This document shows positions 45,517-55,449 of a DNA stretch of 64,000 bases, piece by piece. The notes under the pieces were generated by a model. The model ran no database searches. It saw only the letters and a program-made list of their open reading frames with translations, and was not told the origin of the DNA. Each line of letters opens with the position of its first letter. Within the stretch, counting starts at the first letter, position 1. Both the position numbers and the translations under genes were made by a program. Source of the stretch: Rhodospirillaceae bacterium (GTDB lineage: Bacteria > Pseudomonadota > Gammaproteobacteria > Steroidobacterales > Rariloculaceae); NCBI GenBank assembly GCA_024638465.1, contig JAHEKF010000002.1:18678-82677 (forward strand), given 5' to 3'.

Positions 45517-46209
45517 ATGGCACACGACGCGGTTGCAACCGAAACCACGGGCCCCGGATATGCTCCCGGCCTTCGTGGCATAGCGACAGACTGGAGCGCA
45601 GACAAACAGACCTTCCACGTGCCGTGGGGGAAGGCCATGATGTGGATCTTCCTGCTGAGCGACACGTTCATTTTTTCGTGCTTCCTCACCGGCTATATGA
45701 ACGTGCGTTCCTCGACGCGCGTACAGTGGCCGAACCCGAGCGAGGTGTTCGCGCTCTCCTTCGGCGGCGATCCGATCCCGTTGATCCTGATCGCGATCAT
45801 GACGTTCATCCTGATCACGAGCAGCGGCACGATGGCCATGGCCGTCAACATGGGTTACCGCGGCGATCGCGCCAAGACCGCTTCGCTGATGCTGATAACC
45901 GCCGCTTTCGGCGCGATGTTCGTCGGCATGCAGGCTTTCGAGTGGACGAAACTCATCATCGACGAAGGCGTACGCCCCTGGTCCAATCCGATGGGCGCAC
46001 CGCAATTTGGCGCCGTTTTCTTCATGATCACCGGTTTCCACGGCGCACACGTATCGATCGGCGTTATCTATCTCGTCACGGTCGCAATGAAAGTTCTGCG
46101 CGGCGACTACGAGAAGCGCGGTTACGAGATCGTTGAGATCACCGGCCTCTACTGGCACTTTGTCGATCTCGTGTGGGTATTTATTTTTGCGTTCTTCTAT
46201 CTCTGGTAA
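45517..46209 (+). CDS. Cytochrome c oxidase subunit III (CoxP-like)
   Basis: ITGFHGAHVSIG and YWHFVDLVWVFIF motifs. Confidence 0.85.
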   Translation: MAHDAVATETTGPGYAPGLRGIATDWSADKQTFHVPWGKAMMWIFLLSDTFIFSCFLTGYMNVRSSTRVQWPNPSEVFALSFGGDPIPLILIAIMTFILITSSGTMAMAVNMGYRGDRAKTASLMLITAAFGAMFVGMQAFEWTKLIIDEGVRPWSNPMGAPQFGAVFFMITGFHGAHVSIGVIYLVTVAMKVLRGDYEKRGYEIVEITGLYWHFVDLVWVFIFAFFYLW

Positions 46210-46218
46210 GGGTTCGAC

Positions 46219-46578
46219 ATGGCTCAAGACGGTCAACAACATCCTCTCGCCATCTATTTCTGGATCTGGGGACTTCTGTTCGTACTCAGCGCGTTTTCGT
46301 ACGCGGTCGACTACATCGGCTTCGAGGGCTATCTGCGCTGGAGCCTGATTCTCATCTTCATGCTGCTGAAGGCCGGCTTTATCGTCGCGGTTTTCATGCA
46401 CATGATGTGGGAGCGCATGGCATTGATTTACGCGATAATCGGACCGCCGCTGGTGCTGCTCGTTTTAATCGGCCTCATGGCCGTCGAAGGCGATTACACC
46501 GTTCTGACGCGGCTGAACTACTTCGGCGAAGATACGACAGAATTCGTCGGACATGGCGCGGCCGCAGAGGCCCACTAG
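46219..46578 (+). CDS. Prokaryotic cytochrome c oxidase subunit IV family protein
   Basis: HPLAIYFWIWGLLFVLSAFSY and three TM segments. Lies directly after the subunit III gene. Confidence 0.65.
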   Translation: MAQDGQQHPLAIYFWIWGLLFVLSAFSYAVDYIGFEGYLRWSLILIFMLLKAGFIVAVFMHMMWERMALIYAIIGPPLVLLVLIGLMAVEGDYTVLTRLNYFGEDTTEFVGHGAAAEAH

Positions 46579-46591
46579 ACGGGAAGAATCA

Positions 46592-46876
46592 ATGATAGGT
46601 TGGAGCATATTCATCGTTTTGCTGATTCTCTGGGGCTTCGCCTGGCACTACCAGACCAAGCTGGCTTTCGGCGTTCTTATCGGACTCGGTCTCGGCTGGT
46701 TCCTGGCCCTTTTTATCGGACCGTATAACAGCATCGAAGAACTGCCGGTATGGCTGCCAGCCACGCCGCTGATCAGCGTCGTTATTATCCTGCTTGTTCT
46801 CGGTATTCTCGCTTGGGGCGTTGAAGCATTGCCAAGCGAAGAATCGGAAGACTCGGACCACTCATCTTCGCACTGA
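46592..46876 (+). CDS. Small three-TM membrane protein of unknown function
   Basis: Internal ATG at 46592 of ORF 46553..46876. Hydrophobic segments and an acidic His-rich tail (SEESEDSDHSSSH). Lies in the cox cluster. Confidence 0.5.
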   Translation: MIGWSIFIVLLILWGFAWHYQTKLAFGVLIGLGLGWFLALFIGPYNSIEELPVWLPATPLISVVIILLVLGILAWGVEALPSEESEDSDHSSSH

Positions 46877-46948
46877 CTGCCGACGATAGGGCGCGGAATC
46901 CGTGAGACCCGTACCCGAATCCGTTTCCGTACTTAAGGAAGACAGAAA

Positions 46949-47344
46949 ATGAAATTGATCAAGACCCTGAAATTAACGTCTCTTTCCACTCTGCTTGTTC
47001 TCGGCTTTGCCGGTACTGCAGGGGCCCAGTCCGACGAAGCGGCTCGCCTCGCTGAACTGACCGAAACCGAGGGCTGCGAGTTTCCCGATGCACCCGAGAT
47101 TCCGGCGGCCGAGGGAGCGACGATGGAGCAAATGGTCGGCGCGCAAGGCGAGATTCAGGAATACATAACAGAAAGCAATGAGTTACTCGATTGCCTCACG
47201 GGAATAACCGATAACGAGGAGCTTCCGCCCGAAGATCGTCAGGCAGCGATCAACGCGTACAACACGGAGGTAGCGTCTCAGGAAGAAGTGGCTGCGCGCT
47301 GGAACGATGTGCGCACGGCCTTCCTGGAGATGCAACAGCAGTAG
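46949..47344 (+). CDS. Small secreted two-Cys protein; paralog of 2186..2620
   Basis: Signal peptide ending AGAQS. The mature part is colinear with the 2186 protein (C-x2-P-x4-IP ... MV.A ... Y ... LDCL ... AI..YN..V). Confidence 0.6.
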   Translation: MKLIKTLKLTSLSTLLVLGFAGTAGAQSDEAARLAELTETEGCEFPDAPEIPAAEGATMEQMVGAQGEIQEYITESNELLDCLTGITDNEELPPEDRQAAINAYNTEVASQEEVAARWNDVRTAFLEMQQQ

Positions 47345-47526
47345 GCGTCTCGCCGCTCCTTCAAGCTTTTTCCCGGGGTGCGGGCCCTGGCGTTCGCGTA
47401 CCGCGAATGACTCGGCAGGCGCCGATTACCGGCGCGGATTCTGCTGGCGCCAACAATTCGATAGTGGTCTCGAGCGCCTGCTGACCATTCAGCGCGCGCT
47501 ACCCACACGACGATGGTGCTTCGATT

Positions 47527-48903
47527 ATGAGACCTGCTGCTGCGGTCACCTCTGTTGGCATTCTGATCATCAGTCTTTCGTTGAATTTCGCCGTAGCGCA
47601 GAATCTGCCGATCTATGCCTTCGTCAATGCCGACGTGGTTTCGCTGGACTCGAACGGGATTCTGGCCGGCCAGACCGTCATCGTAGCGGCCGGGCGAATC
47701 GTCGCGACCGGTAGCTCGAACGACATCGTCGTTCCCGTGAATGCGGAAATCATCGACGCAGATGGCCTTTATCTCATGCCGGGGCTGACGGAAATGCACG
47801 GGCATGTGCCCGGCAGCGATGACCCGCAGTATCTTGAAGACGTGCTTTTTCTTTACGTCGCCAACGGCGTCACGACTGTGCGCGGCATGCAGGGTCAGCC
47901 CGGTCACCTGGAATTGCGAAGCGCGATTGCGGCGCACGAAGTGCTCGGACCGCGATTTATTACGTCCGGTCCCGGACTGAGCGGCGATCGCGTCGATGGA
48001 CCCGCGGACGCCCGGCGGCAGGTCTTCGAACAAGCCGCTGCGGGTTATGACTTCGTCAAGTTACTTCGTGGACTGACGCGCGCCGAGTACGATGCGGCTG
48101 TCGAAGCAGGTGCCGAGACCGGCATGGCCCTCGCTGGCCATGTCTCGGAAGACGTCGGCGTTGCGCGCGCCCTCGAAGCTCGACAGGCCACGATTGACCA
48201 CCTGGACGGATACATCCAGTACCTCGTCCCACCCGACACCGATATAGCGACGATTCAGGCAGGGTTCTACGGCGTAAATCTGCTCGACCGGGTAGACGAG
48301 GCGCGTATCGCGCAAGCGGCTATCGACACACGTAACGCGGGCGTCTGGATAGTACCCACCCAGGCGCTGGTCGAGCACATCGCAATGCCGAGCCCTTCCG
48401 TCGAAGAGCAGGCTGCCAGTCCGCCGGTCGCGTACATGCCGCCCCGCATCGTCGATGGATGGATCGAGTCCCGGCACCGAATTTTCGCGACTCTCCGTGA
48501 CATCCCTGACGGCGGCCGGCGTCTCCAGAATCTGCGCGGGCGGTTGATCAAAGCGATGAACGATGCGGGCGTCCGGCTGCTACTGGGCTCCGACGCGCCA
48601 CAGATTTTCAGCGTTCCCGGATTTTCGCTGCACCAGGAGCTCGAGTTGATAGTCGACGCGGGACTGACACCGTTCGAAGCTCTGCGAACAGGAACTCTCG
48701 CCCCAGCGGAGTTCTTCGACATGAAGGACGAGTTCGGCGGGATACGCCCGGGTCTCGCCGCGGATTTCGTATTGCTCGAGGAGAATCCGCTCGATGACGT
48801 CGCCGCCGCGAATCGCCCTCGCGGGGTCATGATCCGCGGCGCCTGGCTCGACAGGGCAATGATCGATGAAGGGCTCGCAGAAATCGCGAGCCGCCAACGC
48901 TGA
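47527..48903 (+). CDS. Secreted metal-dependent amidohydrolase family protein
   Basis: Signal peptide. MPGLTEMHGHV (HxH), later GHV and LLLGSDAP motifs. Confidence 0.75.
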   Translation: MRPAAAVTSVGILIISLSLNFAVAQNLPIYAFVNADVVSLDSNGILAGQTVIVAAGRIVATGSSNDIVVPVNAEIIDADGLYLMPGLTEMHGHVPGSDDPQYLEDVLFLYVANGVTTVRGMQGQPGHLELRSAIAAHEVLGPRFITSGPGLSGDRVDGPADARRQVFEQAAAGYDFVKLLRGLTRAEYDAAVEAGAETGMALAGHVSEDVGVARALEARQATIDHLDGYIQYLVPPDTDIATIQAGFYGVNLLDRVDEARIAQAAIDTRNAGVWIVPTQALVEHIAMPSPSVEEQAASPPVAYMPPRIVDGWIESRHRIFATLRDIPDGGRRLQNLRGRLIKAMNDAGVRLLLGSDAPQIFSVPGFSLHQELELIVDAGLTPFEALRTGTLAPAEFFDMKDEFGGIRPGLAADFVLLEENPLDDVAAANRPRGVMIRGAWLDRAMIDEGLAEIASRQR

Positions 48904-48964
48904 AGTTTGCGAGCTACCGGGGTTTAATAGAGCCTCGAGAATATACGATCCCGGGGGACACCCG

Positions 48965-50278
48965 ATGCGAATCTTGATTTCCGCCCTGCTAGCGTGCGTC
49001 GTCGCGACGTCAGCGGCTGCGCAGGATCTCAGCAGCGATATCGAACGAGATTACGACCGTCATCTTGCGGATCTGTTCGATCATTTTCACCGCAATCCCG
49101 AGTTGTCGCTCGTCGAGTTCGAGACGGCGGCGCGAATGGCGGACGAGTTACGTAACGCCGGCTTCGACGTCACCGAGGGTGTGGGCGGTACTGGCGTCGT
49201 CGCAATCCTCGAAAACGGAGCTGGCCCGCTCGTGATGATGCGGGCGGACATGGATGGTCTTCCTGTCGAGGAAATGTCGGGCCTGTCAAACGCATCGGTA
49301 GCGACGCAGCAGGATCCGCTCACGGGCGCTACGGTCCCGGTGATGCACGCCTGCGGACACGACGTTCATATTACGAGCCTGGTGGGCTCGGCAAGGCAGA
49401 TGTCCCGGCGCCTTGACGCGTGGAGGGGGACGCTCATGCTCGTCGTTCAGCCAGCAGAAGAGCGTGGGCTTGGTGCACGGGCGATGCGGGATGACGGACT
49501 TTGGGAGCGTTTCGGGACCCCCGACTACGCGCTCGGTTTTCATGTCGCGGCGCAGCGCGCAGCGGGTGTGATCGATGTGCAGGACTCCAACACCTACGCC
49601 GGTGTCGATTCGGTAGATGTCATCGTGCATGGAATCGGGTCGCATGGCGCCAGTCCGCATCAGGGGATAGATCCCATTGTTCTGGCGAGCCAGATCGTGA
49701 TGGCTCTGCAGACTTTGGTTTCTCGGGACCTGCCGCCGCGATCACCCGGTGTCGTTACGGTCGGATCGTTCCATTCCGGCACGAAACACAACATCATCTC
49801 GAACGAAGCGCGGCTTCAGCTGACGGTCCGCAATACGGACCCCGAGACGAGGGAGACTCTGCTCAACGGCATCCGGCGGATCGCGAAAAATATGGGGCGA
49901 GCTGCCGGTCTGCCGGAGGATTTACTGCCTGAAGTTCTCGTGCTGGACGAGTGGACGCCGCCGGGCCTCAATAATGCGCGTCTCGTTCAGCGTCTCAGAA
50001 ACGTCTGGAGCAGCCAGCTCGGAGCCGAGCGGGTTATAGACGAACCCCCGGACGGAATGGGCGGCGAGGATTTCGCGTTCTTTGCGATCGACCCCGAAAT
50101 CCCTAGCGCATTCTGGCGTGTGGGCGGCACACCACCGGAGGCGTTCGAGAGCGCGACGAACGGCGGACCGGCCATCCCGAGTCATCACTCGCCGCAGTTC
50201 AGGATATCGCCTGAGCCGGCGGTGCGCACGGGAGTCGAATCGACCGTCGTCGCGCTCCTGGACCTGATGCCGCGATGA
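48965..50278 (+). CDS. Secreted M20D family amidohydrolase (aminoacylase/hippurate hydrolase-like)
   Basis: Internal ATG at 48965. Signal peptide. MRADMDGLP, MHACGHDVH and QPAEE motifs. Confidence 0.8.
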   Translation: MRILISALLACVVATSAAAQDLSSDIERDYDRHLADLFDHFHRNPELSLVEFETAARMADELRNAGFDVTEGVGGTGVVAILENGAGPLVMMRADMDGLPVEEMSGLSNASVATQQDPLTGATVPVMHACGHDVHITSLVGSARQMSRRLDAWRGTLMLVVQPAEERGLGARAMRDDGLWERFGTPDYALGFHVAAQRAAGVIDVQDSNTYAGVDSVDVIVHGIGSHGASPHQGIDPIVLASQIVMALQTLVSRDLPPRSPGVVTVGSFHSGTKHNIISNEARLQLTVRNTDPETRETLLNGIRRIAKNMGRAAGLPEDLLPEVLVLDEWTPPGLNNARLVQRLRNVWSSQLGAERVIDEPPDGMGGEDFAFFAIDPEIPSAFWRVGGTPPEAFESATNGGPAIPSHHSPQFRISPEPAVRTGVESTVVALLDLMPR

Positions 50279-52101
50279 GCTTCGACCGCCGGGCTCTCTT
50301 TCGCTTCATCGGCAAGAACGGGAGCTGGCTCGCACCCTGCGTGATGGTCGCCGCCATTACAACTAGCTACCTGATTCGAATTTTCGTTGGCTACTCTCCG
50401 CCCGAGTTCGTTCTTCTCAGCGTCGCAACCCTCATCGCCGGGTTGTCCGGCATCGTCCCGGGAATCGTAAGCGCCGTACTGGTCTGTTGCTACCTGACTT
50501 TTCTGACGATCATCGGGGCGGGTCCGCCGATGATGACGAGCAACTTCTTTCAGCTCGGGCTGACTTCGACAGGTATTCTCGCAGTAGCCTGCGGTCTCGG
50601 TCTTTCGACAGAGAGATATCGCGGCCTGATCGAGAATCTGGAGAGGGCCGACGCCGAGCTGAAAAAGTCACGAGATGAACTCGAGACTAGAATTCAGGAA
50701 GCGACGCGGGATTTACAACTCAGCGAGATTCGGCTCAAGAGAGCGCAGCGCGTCGGACGAATGGGCAGCTGGGAGCGGAACCTGGAGACCGGTGATGTCT
50801 GGTGGTCGGATGAACGCTTTCGTCTTCATGGCCTGTCGGGCGAAACTTCACCACCATCCTTTGAAAAATTTCTGGAATGGATCCACCCTGAAGACAGAGA
50901 AGTCGTCGAAAACGAACTTCTGAAGGTATGGTCGACCGGTGAATCTTCGAATTTCGAGTTTCGAGTCACGACGCCTGACGGCGTGACGCGGATCATTCGT
51001 TCGTCTGCTGAAACGGAAACCGACGTCGACGGGTTCACAAGAGTGATCAGTGGAATTGCTCAGGATGTCACGGAACTTCGTATGGCAAACGAACTTATTC
51101 GACAGAGTGAGGCAAGACTCAGGGAAGCACAGCGCGTCGCACATATTGGCAGCTTCGAACGTGATCTTAGATCTGGTGAGAGTTTATGGTCGGATGAGTC
51201 GTTTAATATCTTCGCCATCGAGCCTTCGGACACGGTTCCGTACAGCACGTTTCTCGAGCGAATTCATCCTGACGACCGCGAGCGCGTTATCGGGCTCGCG
51301 CAAACGGCAATCGCGATGGGCAACAAGTTCGAGTCACAGTATCGAATCGTCCTTCCGGATGGAACAGAGCGAATCATTCGCGCCATCGGGGAAGTCAGAT
51401 ACGATGAAGACGGATCGCCGACCAAGCTGACCGGAACGGGTCAGGACGTCACTGAAAGAGTAGAGCTCGAGCGGGAAGTGATTGCGATTAGCGAACGCGA
51501 ACGCAACCGAATCGGACGCGACCTCCATGACGGGCTTGGGCAGGAACTTACCGGGATCTCGTTGGCACTTCAGTCGCTGTCTCGACAGCTCCTGCGGGGA
51601 GATTCTCTGCATGTTGACTCGCTGCAAACCGTAGTCGCTATGGTTCAGAATACGATTAGCGAGACTCGGGGTTTTGCGCGTCAGCTGGCACCGGTCTTTC
51701 TCGCCGAGCAAGGACTGTCCGCCGCCCTGAGGTCTCTTGCCGATGACATCAACGAACACTCGACTACTGCCTGTCAAGCACACAGCGATTTCGAGGAAGA
51801 TATCCACAATGCCGAGATCGCGACCCATCTGTACCGGATCGCTCAAGAGGGAATCAGTAACGCCATCAAACACGGCTCAGCCAGAAATATCGACCTGAAA
51901 TACGGGCGGGACGGAGACTCGGTATATCTCGAAATCGTAGACGACGGGACGGGTCTGCCGACGACCGGCGAGCTCACCGAAGGCATGGGTATGCGCAGCA
52001 TGCGTTTCCGCGCCCAAATGCTGCGGGGGCAACTGGATGTCGTACCACGACCCGAGGGCGGGACGCGCGTCCGCTGCTCGTGCCCGTTTCCGTTCCACTA
52101 G
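50275..52101 (+). CDS. Membrane sensor histidine kinase (multi-TM, two PAS, HisKA_3, HATPase)
   Basis: ATGA overlap with the M20 gene. Four or five N-terminal TM segments and a coiled coil. Two PAS repeats (WSDERFRLHG / WSDESFNIF). H-box RIGRDLHDGLGQ. N and G boxes. Confidence 0.85.
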   Translation: MSFDRRALFRFIGKNGSWLAPCVMVAAITTSYLIRIFVGYSPPEFVLLSVATLIAGLSGIVPGIVSAVLVCCYLTFLTIIGAGPPMMTSNFFQLGLTSTGILAVACGLGLSTERYRGLIENLERADAELKKSRDELETRIQEATRDLQLSEIRLKRAQRVGRMGSWERNLETGDVWWSDERFRLHGLSGETSPPSFEKFLEWIHPEDREVVENELLKVWSTGESSNFEFRVTTPDGVTRIIRSSAETETDVDGFTRVISGIAQDVTELRMANELIRQSEARLREAQRVAHIGSFERDLRSGESLWSDESFNIFAIEPSDTVPYSTFLERIHPDDRERVIGLAQTAIAMGNKFESQYRIVLPDGTERIIRAIGEVRYDEDGSPTKLTGTGQDVTERVELEREVIAISERERNRIGRDLHDGLGQELTGISLALQSLSRQLLRGDSLHVDSLQTVVAMVQNTISETRGFARQLAPVFLAEQGLSAALRSLADDINEHSTTACQAHSDFEEDIHNAEIATHLYRIAQEGISNAIKHGSARNIDLKYGRDGDSVYLEIVDDGTGLPTTGELTEGMGMRSMRFRAQMLRGQLDVVPRPEGGTRVRCSCPFPFH

Positions 52102-52204
52102 CGTCAGGCCGCGACAAATCCGGGCGCCAGCGAGCCCGTTTCGCGTGCGATTCGCCGCTCTGCGGAGTAAGCTCCCTCAATAACAACTTAGAGGGGATAC
52201 GACC

Positions 52205-53497
52205 ATGTACCTGACTGACGCCCTTGCACGCCTGCGATCTATCTTGACGATTGGCCTGATTCCCGTGGCGCTTGCACTCTCGGCGTGCGGACCGGCGGAG
52301 GAACCCGCGCCACCGGCGCAGCCGCCCGCGGCGCCGCCGGCTGCCGCTGCGCCCACCAGTGTCGTACTCTACGAAGGCGCACGTCTGATTCTCGGTAACG
52401 ACTCCGCAGCTATCGAGAACGGCGCTTTCGCGGTCGATGACGGCCAGTTCATCGCCGTCGGCGCAGCTGGCGCCGTCTCGGTACCGGATAATGCGGCCCG
52501 CGTGGATCTGAACGGTATGACCGTCATGCCGGCCATCGTCGATGCGCACGTTCACATGCGCACCACGCGCGACGAGTTAATCGAAGATCTTACGGCGCGC
52601 GCGCGCTACGGCATCAGCGCGGCGATCAGTATGGGCTCGGACACGGAGGGGACCCCACTGGAACTTCGCGACGAAGTGATACCCGGCGCGGCGCGCTTCC
52701 TGTCAGCGGGGACCGGAATTACCCGGCCGGAGCCGGGTCGCCGTGTCGTCCACTGGATCGACACGCCGGAGCAGGCGCGCGAGGCGGTTCGAACGGAGGC
52801 TGCGCGCAATGTTGATCTGGTCAAGGTCTGGGTTGACGACCGCGACGGACAATTCGACAAGCTCACACCAGAACTTTATGGCGCCGTTATCGACGAAGCT
52901 CACCGGAATAATATCCGGGTTGCGGCGCACCTCTTTACGCTCGAGGACGGCAAGGGACTGCTGAACGCCGGCGTCGATGTCTTCGCACACGGCGTCCGCG
53001 ATCAGGATATCGATGATGAATTCGTAGAGCTCGTAGCAGCCAATCCGAATGTCGTCCTGATCCCGAATCTTCCGGAGAGAGGAGTCGCGACGGATCTGAG
53101 CTGGCTCGAGGGCTCGATGCCCGCTGCGCAATATGCGGCGCTTCAGGAGGGCAATGTCGAGCAGGCCGAGCTTCATGAGGCCTTCGGTATTCAGGCGCGG
53201 AATCTCGCGAGACTCAGCGAGGCCGGAATGACGGTCGCTCATGGCACAGACGGCAACACTCCGTGGGGTCCGCACATCGAAATGGAGGATATGGTTGCAG
53301 CAGGGATGTCGCCCGCCGACGTGATCGTCTCAGCGACCGGAAATTCGGCCGCTGTTCTGGGCCTCGATGACCTGGGCACTCTGGAAGCCGGGAAAAGCGC
53401 CGATTTCATCGTGCTCGAAGCGAATCCGCTCGAGAACATTGCCAATACTCGGCGTATAGCTTCAGTCTACCTGCGCGGCGAAGAGGTAAATCGCTAG
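52205..53497 (+). CDS. Amidohydrolase family lipoprotein
   Basis: Lipobox LALSAC. PAIVDAHVHM (HxH), AAHLF, FAHG and AHGTDGN motifs. Confidence 0.75.
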   Translation: MYLTDALARLRSILTIGLIPVALALSACGPAEEPAPPAQPPAAPPAAAAPTSVVLYEGARLILGNDSAAIENGAFAVDDGQFIAVGAAGAVSVPDNAARVDLNGMTVMPAIVDAHVHMRTTRDELIEDLTARARYGISAAISMGSDTEGTPLELRDEVIPGAARFLSAGTGITRPEPGRRVVHWIDTPEQAREAVRTEAARNVDLVKVWVDDRDGQFDKLTPELYGAVIDEAHRNNIRVAAHLFTLEDGKGLLNAGVDVFAHGVRDQDIDDEFVELVAANPNVVLIPNLPERGVATDLSWLEGSMPAAQYAALQEGNVEQAELHEAFGIQARNLARLSEAGMTVAHGTDGNTPWGPHIEMEDMVAAGMSPADVIVSATGNSAAVLGLDDLGTLEAGKSADFIVLEANPLENIANTRRIASVYLRGEEVNR

Positions 53498-53525
53498 TCG
53501 GGAACGAAGAGCGGCACGAACCTCG

Positions 53526-54653
53526 ATGCAGCTCGTCTTGCGCCTGTTGACGTGCTTGACGCTCGGTTGCGCGACCGGGTGCATCGACAGCTTCCGGTCT
53601 GCCGATCTCTCGGGCCTCGATGACGGCTGGAACGAGATCGCCGGCGGTAGCGATGCAATCTGCTCCGATGGTTCGGACTACCGGTTTTTCGCCCGGCCGG
53701 GCGATCCGCGAAAGCTGTTGATCTATTTTCAGGGTGGAGGCGCCTGCTGGAACGGCAGGTCCTGCGACCCGGATCTCGACCCGACCTATATCGTCAATAC
53801 CGGGGATCTGGATCTCGGTCGCGCAGACGGGATATTCGCTTTCGAACAAGATGCGAATCCGTTTCGCGATCACAGCGTCGTCGTCGCGCCGTATTGCACC
53901 GGAGACGTGCATCTGGGCGATAGCGTGACAGCGTACGAGGCTCCGACGACCCGACAGCATCCCAGCCACACTTTCGAAGTACAGCACCGCGGTCATATCA
54001 ACGGCCTGGCAGTGCTCGACTGGGTCTACACACGCTTCTTTCGCCCCGAGTCGATCTTCGTCACTGGCTCGAGCGCGGGGTCTATTCCGTCTCCCTATTA
54101 CGCGATGCTCGTCGCGGAGCAATACCCCGGCGCGAAACTGACACAGCTCGGCGACGCCTCGAGCGGTTATCGCCGTGAAGTGATGACTGCGACCCCCGAA
54201 GCGGTCTGGGGAACGCTGGACGTCATGCGCGAACTGCCCGAGCTTTCCGCAGCGAGACTCGGCGATTTCAGCAACGAGTTGCTCTACATCATCGCCGGAC
54301 AACGTTTTCCCGATCACCAGTTTGCTGCCTTCGACAACGCCGAAGACCGGGTGCAAAAACGCTTTCTTGAGCTGGCGGGCTATCGTGCCAACACGATTCG
54401 CGAGTTTATACAGCGCAACCAGGCCGACATCCGCACCGAGATCGAGAACTTCGCGTCATTCATCGCGGGCGGCGACGAGCACACAATTCTCCTGCGGCCC
54501 GAGTTCTACACGTTACACGTCGATGGATCGACACTTCGCGACTGGGTCGCGTCGCTGGCGATCCACGACCCGGTCGAGGACGTCGCCTGCACGCGCTGCG
54601 GGCGCGCGGAGTACCTGGAAACGGAGGGCGGCGATACGGAAGCGGCGCGTTAG
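53526..54653 (+). CDS. Pectin-acetylesterase-family-like secreted esterase
   Basis: Lipobox-like LTLGCATGC. IYFQGGGACWNGRSC and FVTGSSAGS (GxSxG) recall the PAE/Notum family. Confidence 0.55.
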   Translation: MQLVLRLLTCLTLGCATGCIDSFRSADLSGLDDGWNEIAGGSDAICSDGSDYRFFARPGDPRKLLIYFQGGGACWNGRSCDPDLDPTYIVNTGDLDLGRADGIFAFEQDANPFRDHSVVVAPYCTGDVHLGDSVTAYEAPTTRQHPSHTFEVQHRGHINGLAVLDWVYTRFFRPESIFVTGSSAGSIPSPYYAMLVAEQYPGAKLTQLGDASSGYRREVMTATPEAVWGTLDVMRELPELSAARLGDFSNELLYIIAGQRFPDHQFAAFDNAEDRVQKRFLELAGYRANTIREFIQRNQADIRTEIENFASFIAGGDEHTILLRPEFYTLHVDGSTLRDWVASLAIHDPVEDVACTRCGRAEYLETEGGDTEAAR

Positions 54654-55423
54654 TGCGTCATCGAGTAGATCAGATAGTTGACGGCGAAACGATAGGCGAG
54701 GGCGGTCATCGGCTCCGGATACCAGGGGTCGTCCGCATGTTCCCAGGCATCGCCCATATCCATATTGAAGTTAATGGCGACCATCAGCCGGTCGTTATCA
54801 TCGAAGATCCCTCGCCAGTGCGGCGTCTCACCGCGTTGACCGCCGCGTCCCGGGATCTGCGTGCGCTGGTCCAGATCGTAGAGTACATGCAGTAACGGGT
54901 GATCCTCGCCGAGCTCGACGATCGGCCGGTCCGGGAATACCTTGTTCATCGACTCGACGAAAATCCCCCACTCATAGATCCCCCAGAAATCGTCGACCAT
55001 CAGGAAACCGCCGCGGTCGAGATATTCACGCAGCCGGGCAGCTTCGAGATCGTCCAGATACCACTGGCCGACCTCGACCGCATACAGCCATGGATAGTCC
55101 ATGAGCGTGTCGTCGTGCAGATTGACGATGCGTCCCTGCTCGCCCGTGGACACGCGCGTCAGACGTTCGATACCCGGCAGAAGATGCGTTTCCGCTTCGG
55201 GATAGTCCGTGAGCCAGGCGCTGCGGCAGCGCGACCGCGTTGAGCAGGAGTACTGCAGCCGAATAAAGTAGAACTCCGCGTCCTTCTCGGCCGTAGCGGC
55301 AACGGGTTCCGGAATCCGCCCCCACCGCCCCTGCCCGAAGGCTGGCTGGTGGCTGACGAACAGGCCGGTGAGAACGACGGCAGCAACCGCAAGCCTGGCG
55401 ATTCTGCGTCTGCCGATTCTCAT
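54650..55423 (-). CDS. DUF4159-like secreted protein
   Basis: Internal ATG at 55423 gives the signal peptide MRIGRRRIARLAVAAVVLTGL. FYFIRLQY, TDYPEAE, LREYLDRGGFLMVDDFWG pattern. Confidence 0.6.
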   Translation of the reverse strand: MRIGRRRIARLAVAAVVLTGLFVSHQPAFGQGRWGRIPEPVAATAEKDAEFYFIRLQYSCSTRSRCRSAWLTDYPEAETHLLPGIERLTRVSTGEQGRIVNLHDDTLMDYPWLYAVEVGQWYLDDLEAARLREYLDRGGFLMVDDFWGIYEWGIFVESMNKVFPDRPIVELGEDHPLLHVLYDLDQRTQIPGRGGQRGETPHWRGIFDDNDRLMVAINFNMDMGDAWEHADDPWYPEPMTALAYRFAVNYLIYSMTH

Positions 55424-55449
55424 TTCCGGTCCGTTGGATTGGTCAGCGG

